Assembly (NCBI GenBank): GCA_045635745.1
Contig: JAZTWG010000053.1
Location: 8,883-72,882 of the forward strand
Source of the DNA: Victivallaceae bacterium
Lineage (GTDB): Bacteria > Verrucomicrobiota > Lentisphaeria > Victivallales > Victivallaceae
Direction of reading: 5' to 3'
Length of the DNA stretch: 64,000 nucleotides
A model generated the notes under the pieces. That model ran no database searches, was not told the origin of the DNA, and saw only the letters and a program-made list of their open reading frames with translations. The position numbers and the translations under genes are program-made. How positions within the stretch are numbered: the stretch's first letter is position 1; each line of letters begins with the position of its first letter. Positions 37,366-46,175 of the stretch are shown one piece after another.

Positions 37366-39366
37366 ATGAGTAAAACAGTAAATTATCGCGCTGCCATTGA
37401 CAATGCCGGAGTAATGACCAAGCTTTCCGCAATCGGAACTGTATTGAGCGGAGTGTTTGCATTGCTGCTGTTGTTGTTGGGCGTGGTCAAAAGCTCGTTC
37501 GCCAATTCTGATGCCTTTGCGGTGGTGGTAATACCTTACACCGTGGCGGTGTTGTTCGGATTGGCCGCCACACTTTACGGCATGTTTGCCAAAGGTGCGG
37601 CAATTGAAAATGAAGAAAAAATGCTGCTGGCAAAACGTCACGACAACAATATGCTTGCCGTAGATGAAGATGCCCGCTTCACCCAGCAGAGAACGCTGGA
37701 TAACTATGAAAAATATGCTCCGTATGTTTTGAGTATTGCCGCGGCACTGCTGATCGGCGTGTTGTGCATGCTCTTCTTCAGCCATTGGGCCGACCGCAGC
37801 TCGGAATTGCGTGAGGCGGTTTTGAATACCGCGCCGATCAATCCGATGTATATGGTGTTTCTGGCGGCGGTGATCGGGGTGATCTCGCTTTTTGCCGGAG
37901 CGTTTTTCAATGGGCAGTCGCATGACGAAGCGTTCCGCTGGCTGCGTCCCTTCGGAGCATGGCTCATTGCCGGCGCGGTGGCTTCGGCGGCAGCGGTGAT
38001 TTCCGGACTCTGTTTCAAGTCCGGGCTTAAAGGGTACGATTCGATCATTGCCAGAACGCTGCTGATCATCTATCTGGTGCTGGCGGCAGAACTGGTTTTG
38101 AGCTTTGTTGTGGAATTTTACCGGCCGCGTACTCTGGAAGAATCCCGCCCGGTCTTTGAAAGCCGCATACTGGCTCTCTTTACCGAACCCGGCGGCGTTA
38201 TGCGCAACTTTGCGGATATGCTCGACTATCAGTTCGGGTTCAAGGTCTCTTCAACTTGGATGTACAGTTTTGTTGAACGGGCGATCTTTCCGCTGCTTCT
38301 GCTCTGGGCGCTGTTGCTCTGGGGGTCGACTGCCATTCATGAAGTTGATTCCAACGAAGTGGGGCTGCGGAGCAATCTCGGTAAACTTATCAATACAGAA
38401 AAGCCGCTGAAACCGGGTATCTATTTTACCTTGCCCTGGCCCTTCGGCACGCTTGAAAAATACTCCTGCGATCAGATCTACGAAGTGGTGATCGGCCACG
38501 AAGAACACGATGATCATGAAGAAGAGGAAGAGTATGTCGATGACGGCCACGGTCATAATCCTCCGCCTAAAAAAGAAAAGGAAAAGAAAGATCACAGCGT
38601 TGTGCTGTGGACCGCCGAACATGGCGAAGGCAACAACAACTTTATTGTGGCCAACGATGTATCGCACTCCGGCGGTGATAAATCCGGCGATGTACTGGGA
38701 GACTTCTACTTTGTAGGTCTTTCCATGCCCATACAGTACCACATCCGCCCCGATGGCATATATAATTATGTATACGGCAGCGTGGATGCCAAACAGGTCA
38801 TCAAAAACATTGGCCACATGGTAGTCACCGAATATCTGGCCAGCGCGCCGTTCTATCAGGTTATCACCAGCGGCCGCCGCGAAGCCGAAGAAAAACTTAA
38901 AAATCGCATCCAAGCCGAATGCGATGCCCGTAATCTGGGCGTGGAGATCATAGCCGCCAATCTCGTAGGCATCCATCCGCCGACCCAGGTGGGCAAGGAG
39001 TTCCAGAACGTGCTGGGCGCTATGGAAGAACGCGAAAAAATGGTGCTGGCAGCCGAAGCGTACAAAGCACAGGTCCTGCCGCAGGCCAAAGCCGATGCGC
39101 TGGCGATCCGTGAACAGGCATCGGCGGCAAGTTATCAGACTGCCACGGTGGCCAAGGCTGTCAGCGACCGCTTTGTCAAACAGCTGCAGGCATATCAAAC
39201 AATGCCCAAGCTGTTCATGCTCAAAAACTATCTGGATTTCCTGGAAAATGACTGCAAAGATGTGCGTAAATATGTCTTGAGCAGTTCGCTGCAGGGCGAT
39301 GTATACGAGCTGAATTTGGAAGAAAAAGAGCGTCTGAATTTGTTTGACGCCAACCTGGGTGAATAA
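37366..39366 (+). CDS. polytopic membrane protein with C-terminal SPFH/band-7 (HflK/C-like) domain carrying a His/Asp/Glu-rich insertion
   Basis: About 300 aa of hydrophobic segments. Then an SPFH-type core (VDSNEVGLRSNLGKL...PGIYFTLPWPF...LGVEIIAANLVGIHPP) and a coiled-coil tail. Insertion GHEEHDDHEEEEEYVDDGHGHNPPPKKEKEKKDHS. GGGAG RBS. Confidence 0.7.
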   Translation: MSKTVNYRAAIDNAGVMTKLSAIGTVLSGVFALLLLLLGVVKSSFANSDAFAVVVIPYTVAVLFGLAATLYGMFAKGAAIENEEKMLLAKRHDNNMLAVDEDARFTQQRTLDNYEKYAPYVLSIAAALLIGVLCMLFFSHWADRSSELREAVLNTAPINPMYMVFLAAVIGVISLFAGAFFNGQSHDEAFRWLRPFGAWLIAGAVASAAAVISGLCFKSGLKGYDSIIARTLLIIYLVLAAELVLSFVVEFYRPRTLEESRPVFESRILALFTEPGGVMRNFADMLDYQFGFKVSSTWMYSFVERAIFPLLLLWALLLWGSTAIHEVDSNEVGLRSNLGKLINTEKPLKPGIYFTLPWPFGTLEKYSCDQIYEVVIGHEEHDDHEEEEEYVDDGHGHNPPPKKEKEKKDHSVVLWTAEHGEGNNNFIVANDVSHSGGDKSGDVLGDFYFVGLSMPIQYHIRPDGIYNYVYGSVDAKQVIKNIGHMVVTEYLASAPFYQVITSGRREAEEKLKNRIQAECDARNLGVEIIAANLVGIHPPTQVGKEFQNVLGAMEEREKMVLAAEAYKAQVLPQAKADALAIREQASAASYQTATVAKAVSDRFVKQLQAYQTMPKLFMLKNYLDFLENDCKDVRKYVLSSSLQGDVYELNLEEKERLNLFDANLGE

Positions 39367-39406
39367 TTTTAAGGTAATTTATATATAGAAAGGCATAGAA
39401 TAGATC

Positions 39407-40345
39407 ATGTCAAGCAAGGTTTTCAAACATTGGCCGACGCTCCTTCTGGGCGTGTTTGTATTTGCAGTGCTGCTGGTGGCAGTTTTCACTTATCAGGTAA
39501 GCAGTACTGAAGTAGCAGTTGTTGAACGTATGGGGCAGATGCTCGACGAGCATCCGGCAGCGGGGCTGCACTTCCGTTGGCCGTATCCCTTTGAAAAGAT
39601 CACCAAATATGACAAACGTCTGCATTGCTTCGGCGGTCATGACGGGCAGATCGAAGAAACAGCCACCGCTGACAAGCAGAACATCCTTGTGGGGGTGTTC
39701 ATTACCTACCGTATCAGCGATCCGCTGACTTTTGCCAAGCGCATGACCAGCTTCAAGAAAGCCGAAAGCGAACTGGATATCTGGATGCGCGGCGCCAAAA
39801 ATGCTGCGTTCGGCAAATACAAGTTCGATCAGATCCTTACCACCGATCCCAAGAACATGCGTCTGAACGAAATCGCCGATCAGATCAAAAACGATATGCT
39901 GGTCAAAGCCAAGCCCTACGGTCTGGAAATCTGTTCGGCCGGGATCACTACGCTGAATGTGCCCGAAGCAGTCAGCAGTAAGGTTTTTGAACGTATGAAT
40001 CAGGATCGTATGCTGGCGGCCCAGCGTTACCTCGGCGAAGGTAAACTCCGCGCCGAAGAGATCCGCATTGCTGCCGATAAAGAACGCGCCAATATAATTG
40101 CCAATGCCGAAGCGCAGGCAAAAGAGATCAGCGCACAGGGCGATGTGGAAGCCGCCAAATACCTGCGGGTATTCGACAAAAATCCCGAATTGGCAGCGTT
40201 TTTGCGTAAACTCGACAGTTTGCGTACCATCATGAAGAGCAAGACCACTCTGGTGCTGGATACCAACACCGACCCCTTTACTCTGCTCAAGAGCAATGCC
40301 GATCAGCTCGCCGTGCCCGCAGTTCCGGCGAAAACTGCCAAATAA
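39407..40345 (+). CDS. SPFH/band-7 family protein (HflC-like)
   Basis: N-terminal anchor, then VSSTEVAVVERMGQ...GLHFRWPYPFEKI...GLEICSAGITTLNVPE and an Ala/Glu-rich coiled coil (RAEEIRIAADKERANIIANAEAQAKEI). Confidence 0.75.
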   Translation: MSSKVFKHWPTLLLGVFVFAVLLVAVFTYQVSSTEVAVVERMGQMLDEHPAAGLHFRWPYPFEKITKYDKRLHCFGGHDGQIEETATADKQNILVGVFITYRISDPLTFAKRMTSFKKAESELDIWMRGAKNAAFGKYKFDQILTTDPKNMRLNEIADQIKNDMLVKAKPYGLEICSAGITTLNVPEAVSSKVFERMNQDRMLAAQRYLGEGKLRAEEIRIAADKERANIIANAEAQAKEISAQGDVEAAKYLRVFDKNPELAAFLRKLDSLRTIMKSKTTLVLDTNTDPFTLLKSNADQLAVPAVPAKTAK

Positions 40346-40360
40346 TGAGGCTTGAAGTCT

Positions 40361-41527
40361 ATGGATAACGAAAAGAAAAATCTTACGCCGGATACCGAGC
40401 TGTACAATCAGTACGGCGGCGGGGTCAGAGCGTTTATGAAAGCCGGCCACTGGGTCTTTCTGGCTCTGGTGGGGCTTATCTTTGCCATGCTGGTCTACTT
40501 CTTTACGCTGGGTGGTTACTTTGCTGTTTCGCCGCAGGAAGCGGTGATCGTATTGCGCTTCGGCAAATATGAAAAAACTTACACCAGCGACTGGCATTGG
40601 TTTCTGCCCGATCCGGTAACCAGCAAAGTGGTGGTGCCGACCAGCCCGCAGACTCTGCAAGTTACTTTCAACGCCGGAATCATGCCCGATCAGCTGCCGC
40701 CGCCGGGCCCCAACGGTGAACTGCCCGGACTGCAGCCCAACCGCGACCGTTATTTGCTGACGGCCGATGCCAATATCATCCACGCCAGCTGGAGCGCCCG
40801 TTTTCAGGTGAGCGATCCGGCGGTGTTTTATCAGACTTTGCGCGTACCGGCGAATCCGGCCGGACCGGACGATATCGTGGTGGATGAAGGCGAAGAACTT
40901 GGCCGCCGCGGCCCCCGCACATTGCTGGGCAGAATGCTGGAAAGTGCTGTGATAACCACCACCGCACAATGGACGGTCGACGAAATACTCTATTCGCGCC
41001 AGACCGAATACCGCGAAGCTGTGGAACGCGCCTACCGCAAGATGGTTGCCGATCTCAATATCGGGGTGGTGATCGAAGAAGTGCGGATCAATGGCAAAGT
41101 AATGACCCCCGCTGTTACCCAGGCGTTTTTCGATGCGCTGACCGCCGCCCGTGCCGAACAGGGCACTATGATCGACAAAGCGCGCGAATATGGTGTAAGC
41201 ATCCGCGCCAAGGCCAGCGAAGAAAGCTCGCGCATCATAGCACAGGCGGAAAATTACCGTACTATGGTTGTGGCCGATGTAAAAGCCGAAAGTCTTTACT
41301 TTGAAAGTTTCCTTAAAGAATACAACGAAAATCCCCGCACCGCTCTGATGAGCCGCTACAACGCGGTGCTGGCCGAAGTCATGGCCGGTATTGATCAGAA
41401 GTTTGTGTTGGGTGCCGGCAATGGCGGCAAGCTCTGGCTCAAGCTCGGTCCGGAAATTCCCAAGGCCGAAGAAACTGCCAAACCCGCAGAAACTCCGGCG
41501 AAGACCACCCCGGCAGGAGGCAAATAA
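40361..41527 (+). CDS. SPFH/band-7 family protein (HflK-like)
   Basis: N-terminal tail plus one TM, then VSPQEAVIVLRFGKY...NIGVVIEEVRINGKVMTP and a coiled coil. ATG 40361 preferred over TTG 40352. The stop lies 2 nt before the P-type ATPase ATG. Confidence 0.7.
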   Translation: MDNEKKNLTPDTELYNQYGGGVRAFMKAGHWVFLALVGLIFAMLVYFFTLGGYFAVSPQEAVIVLRFGKYEKTYTSDWHWFLPDPVTSKVVVPTSPQTLQVTFNAGIMPDQLPPPGPNGELPGLQPNRDRYLLTADANIIHASWSARFQVSDPAVFYQTLRVPANPAGPDDIVVDEGEELGRRGPRTLLGRMLESAVITTTAQWTVDEILYSRQTEYREAVERAYRKMVADLNIGVVIEEVRINGKVMTPAVTQAFFDALTAARAEQGTMIDKAREYGVSIRAKASEESSRIIAQAENYRTMVVADVKAESLYFESFLKEYNENPRTALMSRYNAVLAEVMAGIDQKFVLGAGNGGKLWLKLGPEIPKAEETAKPAETPAKTTPAGGK

Positions 41528-41529
41528 TT

Positions 41530-43473
41530 ATGAGTGAAAATATAAGTGTTGCAGTAAATAATACAGTCAGCAGCGAAGACACCCGCAAGCGCAGTCTGGT
41601 GCTGGTGGGATTTGCCGTACTTGGCGGCATGCTGACTGCCAACTCGTTTATTTTGAGTTATTTTCTGCCCGGACAGACCTTTGCGGCCACTTTCAGCGCC
41701 TTGTTCGGCGCGTTTGTGCTTGCCATGCCGATCATTTATACGGCAGTAAAAGATTTGTTTTCCGGCAAAGTTTACATGAATGAACTGGTGGCGCTGGCCA
41801 TCCTTGCCGCACTGGCAGGGGGCAACTACCAGACTGCCGGCGGACATTTTCAGAATGCCGGTGTGATCGCATTCTTTCTGCTGATAACGATCATCATCGA
41901 AAGCCGCACTGCTTCGGGGGCCCAGCGTTCGATTGAAGAACTGGTAAAACTTACACCCACCCAGGTTCACCTGATCAAAAACGGTGCCGAAGTGGATGCC
42001 GATGTAATGAGTTTGAATCTGGGCGATATCATCCGTGTGCGCCCTGGTGAAAATTTTCCGGTCGATGCAGAGGTTATTTCCGGCGAAACGATCGTCAATC
42101 AGGCGTCGATTACCGGGGAATCCATGCCGGTGGACAAGGTTGCCGGCGACGATGTTTATGCCGGTACGCAGAACCTGACCGGTCTGGTGGAGCTCAAAGT
42201 TACCCGGCTGGGTGAAGATACCACCCTCGGCAAGGTCAAAAACATGATCATGCAGGCCGAAAACTCCCGCACTCCGATCGTGCGTATCATCGACCGCTAT
42301 GCCGGCTATTACACCCCCACGATTCTGATGCTGGCGGGTATCACCTGGTGGTTTACCGGAGATATATCCAAAGTTATCACACTGCTGGTGATTGCCTGTC
42401 CGGGGGCTATCATGCTTGCTTCGCCTACTGCCATTGTGGCGGCGGTGGCGGCGGCGGCCCGTCTGGGGGTCTTCATCAAAGATGTCAGCCATCTGGAACT
42501 CGCGGCAAGAATCCGCAGTTTTGTGTTTGACAAAACCGGTACTTTGACCGACGGCCTGCTGTCAGTAGTCAAACTGGTGCCGTTCGGCGAAGTAAGTCCG
42601 GCTGAAATGCTGAAACTGGCCGCTTCGGCCGAAGCAAACAGTAACCACCCGACTGCAGTGGCGCTGGTGAAACTTGCCAACGAGGCGCAGCTGGAGCTTG
42701 CTCCGGTCAGCGAATTCAAAGAAACCCACGGTAAAGGGGTCAATGCTGTGATCGACGGTGTGGCTGTGGCAGTTGGCCGTTCAGCATGGCTGGAAACACA
42801 GGAATATACTCTGCCGGAAGACTTCAACACCGAAGATACTGCCGGTTTGAGCGTGGTATTTGTAGCCCGTGAAAAAGAGATCATCGGCTGGATCGGTTTG
42901 AGCGATAAGATCCGTAAAGAAGCCGCGCAGGCACTCAAAGATCTGCGGAGTCTGGGTGTCCGGCAGGTGGCTATGGTCACCGGGGACCGCGAATCGGTGG
43001 CTGAAAAAGTGGCCAATGTGCTGGATATCGATGAGTTCCGCAGTGAATGTCTGCCGGAAGCCAAGGTCGAATATGTGGAAAATGCCAAAAAGAGTTATCC
43101 CACCGCAGTTGTGGGCGATGGTGTGAACGACGCACCGGCGCTGGCAGAAGGCGATCTGGGGATTGCCATGGGGGCCATCGGCAGCGATATTGCCATTAAC
43201 AGTGCATCCATTGCGCTGATGACCAATGACCTGCGCCGTATACCCATGCTGATCGACCTTTCGCAGAAATCGCGGATGGTCATTTATCAGAATCTTTGCA
43301 TAGGCATACTCTTTGTTTTCGGCGGCATGGTGCTGCTGGTCTTTGACAAGATGACTCCGGTGGGAGCGGCGATCTTGTACACATTGAGTACATTGGTGGT
43401 GATCTTCAACAGTGCGCGTCTGGTCCGAACCGGTGAAGAACTTACGTTGGAAGATAATAAAAATAAAAAATAA
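41530..43473 (+). CDS. P1B-type (heavy-metal-type) P-type ATPase lacking an N-terminal metal-binding domain, with CPG in place of CPC
   Basis: ITGESMPV (actuator), DKTGTLT (phosphorylation site), SNHPTA (P1B HP motif), GDGVNDAPAL (hinge). Transmembrane motif reads ACPGAIMLASP. AGGAGG RBS. Confidence 0.85.
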   Translation: MSENISVAVNNTVSSEDTRKRSLVLVGFAVLGGMLTANSFILSYFLPGQTFAATFSALFGAFVLAMPIIYTAVKDLFSGKVYMNELVALAILAALAGGNYQTAGGHFQNAGVIAFFLLITIIIESRTASGAQRSIEELVKLTPTQVHLIKNGAEVDADVMSLNLGDIIRVRPGENFPVDAEVISGETIVNQASITGESMPVDKVAGDDVYAGTQNLTGLVELKVTRLGEDTTLGKVKNMIMQAENSRTPIVRIIDRYAGYYTPTILMLAGITWWFTGDISKVITLLVIACPGAIMLASPTAIVAAVAAAARLGVFIKDVSHLELAARIRSFVFDKTGTLTDGLLSVVKLVPFGEVSPAEMLKLAASAEANSNHPTAVALVKLANEAQLELAPVSEFKETHGKGVNAVIDGVAVAVGRSAWLETQEYTLPEDFNTEDTAGLSVVFVAREKEIIGWIGLSDKIRKEAAQALKDLRSLGVRQVAMVTGDRESVAEKVANVLDIDEFRSECLPEAKVEYVENAKKSYPTAVVGDGVNDAPALAEGDLGIAMGAIGSDIAINSASIALMTNDLRRIPMLIDLSQKSRMVIYQNLCIGILFVFGGMVLLVFDKMTPVGAAILYTLSTLVVIFNSARLVRTGEELTLEDNKNKK

Positions 43474-43482
43474 TGATAGTGC

Positions 43483-43514
43483 ACAGCTTTCCGGATTTCC
43501 ATCCGGAAAGCTGT
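43483..43514 (+). other. perfect 14-bp intercistronic stem-loop
   Basis: ACAGCTTTCCGGAT (43483..43496), loop TTCC, ATCCGGAAAGCTGT (43501..43514). No T-run follows. It lies between the ATPase stop and the ABC ATPase start. Confidence 0.6.
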
Positions 43515-43539
43515 ACATAGAGAGGAAAGGGTGAAAAAG

Positions 43540-44700
43540 ATGGCAGAAGATGCAATACGCGCGGTAGGCTTGACCAAAGTGTTCCGCGATTTCTGGAACC
43601 GCCCCAAAGCCCGGGCGGTTAATGAGATCGACTTTACGGTCAAGGAAGGCGAAGTAGTCGGTTTGCTTGGTCCCAATGGTTCTGGAAAGTCCACTACAGT
43701 GAAGATGATATTGGGTTTGCTTTATCCCACCGCCGGTCAACTTACCGTGCTGGGGAAGGCTCCACGTGCAGTGGAAACGAAAAAAGCGATCGGGTATCTG
43801 CCCGAAGAATCCTATCTGTATAAATATCTGACGGCGGAAGAAACGCTGGACTTTTTCGGATCGCTTTTCAACCTTTCCCGCGCTGAACGCAAAAACCGTA
43901 TCGATCAGCTGCTTGATATGGTTGGTCTGGCTCACGCCCGCCATCGCCGGGTGGGAGAATTTTCCAAAGGTATGGCGCGCCGTATCGGTCTGGCGCAGGC
44001 AATGATCAACGACCCATCGCTGCTGATTTTTGACGAACCCACCAGTGGTCTTGACCCGCTGGGCTGCCGGGAAGTTAAAGATTTGATCATGGAGCTGAAA
44101 AAGCGCGGAAAAACCGTGCTTATAACCAGCCATCTTTTGAGTGATGTGGAAGATATCTGCGACCGCGTGGTTATTCTCTACGGCGGGAAAGTCCGGGCAC
44201 AGGGCAGTTTGAATGAACTGCTGACCGTCAGCGACAGTACCCGTATCGTTACGCCGACCTTGAGCAAGGATGCCACCGAAAAAGTGCTGACTGTTCTGCG
44301 CGAAAATCTCAATGGCGAAGAATTTGTTATGGATCATCCGCGTCGCACGCTCGAAGAGTTCTTTCTGGATGTTATTGCCAAAGCCAAGAACGACAGTGTG
44401 GAAACATCCGGTGCGCTCGGCGGCGGCATAGCTGAATACCTTTCGGCAGAAAAAGATAAGGAAAGCACCGTGCTGGAAACTCTTATCGCTCAGCCTGAAG
44501 CGGTCAAAAAGCCCACCGCTGAAGAGAGTGCTGCCAAGCTGGCAAGTGAGCTCAAAGCCGCCGAAGAAAAACGGTTGGCAGACCTTACTGCCGGCGATGA
44601 CAGGAGTGTTGTCAACAAAGATGAAGAAAAGGTCAAGGCCGAGGCCGAAGCTCTTAAAGCAGCCGATGCCAAACTTGACGATTTATTGAAAAACCGCTAA
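43540..44700 (+). CDS. ABC transporter ATP-binding protein (ABC-2/CcmA-type) with ~90-aa charged Ala/Glu/Lys-rich C-terminal extension
   Basis: Walker A GPNGSGKSTTVK, signature FSKGMARR, Walker B LLIFDEPTSGLD. The tail ends ...AAKLASELKAAEEKRLADL...EKVKAEAEALKAADAKLDDLLKNR. ATG 43540 preferred over GTG 43531 because of RBS spacing. Confidence 0.85.
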   Translation: MAEDAIRAVGLTKVFRDFWNRPKARAVNEIDFTVKEGEVVGLLGPNGSGKSTTVKMILGLLYPTAGQLTVLGKAPRAVETKKAIGYLPEESYLYKYLTAEETLDFFGSLFNLSRAERKNRIDQLLDMVGLAHARHRRVGEFSKGMARRIGLAQAMINDPSLLIFDEPTSGLDPLGCREVKDLIMELKKRGKTVLITSHLLSDVEDICDRVVILYGGKVRAQGSLNELLTVSDSTRIVTPTLSKDATEKVLTVLRENLNGEEFVMDHPRRTLEEFFLDVIAKAKNDSVETSGALGGGIAEYLSAEKDKESTVLETLIAQPEAVKKPTAEESAAKLASELKAAEEKRLADLTAGDDRSVVNKDEEKVKAEAEALKAADAKLDDLLKNR

Positions 44701-44729
44701 ACAACATTGGTGAACGGAAAGTACAAATT

Positions 44730-46175
44730 ATGACGGCATTTAATGCAATCGTAAAACTGACATTACGCAATGCGTTGCGTTCGCACATCTTCCAGCTGCT
44801 GCTGGGGTTACTGGTGTTGTGTGCGGTGGCGTTGCCGATGACAGTTTCCGGCTCCGGCGAGGGTGCGCGTGCTTATATACAGATCGCGCTCAAATATTCG
44901 CTGGGTACAGTCGGTTTTATTCTGGCGCTTTCCACGGTGTGGATCGCCAGTCTGGTCATGACACAGGATGTGGAAAGTTATCAGCTGCACATGGTGGTTG
45001 CCAAACCTGTATCGCGCCTCAAGATATTTCTTGCCAAATATTTGAGTGTGGTATTGCTCCATGCGGTGCTGCTGCTGCTGGCGGGGATCACGATTTTTGC
45101 GGTGGTTTTGTACCGTTTTGGCAAAAACGATTTTCCTGCCGAGGAAAAATCCCGGATCGAAAACGAAGTGATGGTTGGCCGGAGGGTCTACTTCCCCAAG
45201 CCGCCGGATATGGAAAAACTGACCCGTGAAGCTCTGGCCCAGCAGTTGGAAGAAATGAAAAAAGCCGGTCGCGGCAGAGTTACAGCCGATGCCGCCGAAA
45301 TGGAAAAAGATATCCGCAACGGTTTGAGCGAAGAAATGCTGCGCCAGCGTTCGGAGGTTCTTTTCCGTAAGTTCGGTGAATGGGAATATGAAAATCTGCC
45401 CAAAAATATGACCAATCCGATTTATTTGCGCTACCGGCTCTATGTGGGCAAAATCGATACCGAGGCCCAGCGCAACACCACCGGCTGGTGGGTGGGATTC
45501 TTTGAAGAAAAGAAGCAGTCCATCGGCAACGGTCAGGAAATTGAACAGGCAGTTCCAGTGGCAGAAGAGGATTTTACCCGCACCTGGCGGCCGCTTTCGC
45601 CCTCGCCGGAACAGAATTACGCCGGTGAATTTCACGAAAAAGTGTTGCCGGCATCGGTCATTGACCGTGCGGGAAAAGTCAATCTGCGTTATATAAACAT
45701 CGATAACGCGCAGGATAAAGTCTATTTTCAGACGATCGACGGACCCAAACTGCTGATAAAAGTTACCGGCTTCACCGGCAACTTTGTCCGCGGTCTGATA
45801 GTGATACTGCTGATGCTTATGGTCTATGCCGGAATCAGCTGCTGTGCGGCGGCGGCATTCAGTATGCCGACATCGATTTTTACGGTATTGAGCTATATGT
45901 TCCTCGGCAGCGTTGCACCGCTGGTGATGACCACCAGTCAACTGGCTGATCCCTCCAAATACACCGGATACTGGATCGGTAAAGTTGCCATGCTGATCGT
46001 GGCTCCGCTGCAGGAATTTGAAATTTCGCAGAAGATAGCCGGCGGTGAATTAGTTGAATTTGCTTATATCGGCGAGTTGTTCGGCGAATATTTCATGCTC
46101 AAGGCATTGCCATTTATCCTGCTGGGAATGTGGCTTTTCTGGAAACGTGAACTGGGATTGGTGATCAGAAAATGA
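44730..46175 (+). CDS. ABC-2-type permease-like membrane protein with large extracytoplasmic insertion
   Basis: Hydrophobic segments at both ends flank a ~200-aa hydrophilic region. Positioned directly after an ABC ATPase. No sequence motif recognised beyond topology. Confidence 0.5.
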   Translation: MTAFNAIVKLTLRNALRSHIFQLLLGLLVLCAVALPMTVSGSGEGARAYIQIALKYSLGTVGFILALSTVWIASLVMTQDVESYQLHMVVAKPVSRLKIFLAKYLSVVLLHAVLLLLAGITIFAVVLYRFGKNDFPAEEKSRIENEVMVGRRVYFPKPPDMEKLTREALAQQLEEMKKAGRGRVTADAAEMEKDIRNGLSEEMLRQRSEVLFRKFGEWEYENLPKNMTNPIYLRYRLYVGKIDTEAQRNTTGWWVGFFEEKKQSIGNGQEIEQAVPVAEEDFTRTWRPLSPSPEQNYAGEFHEKVLPASVIDRAGKVNLRYINIDNAQDKVYFQTIDGPKLLIKVTGFTGNFVRGLIVILLMLMVYAGISCCAAAAFSMPTSIFTVLSYMFLGSVAPLVMTTSQLADPSKYTGYWIGKVAMLIVAPLQEFEISQKIAGGELVEFAYIGELFGEYFMLKALPFILLGMWLFWKRELGLVIRK

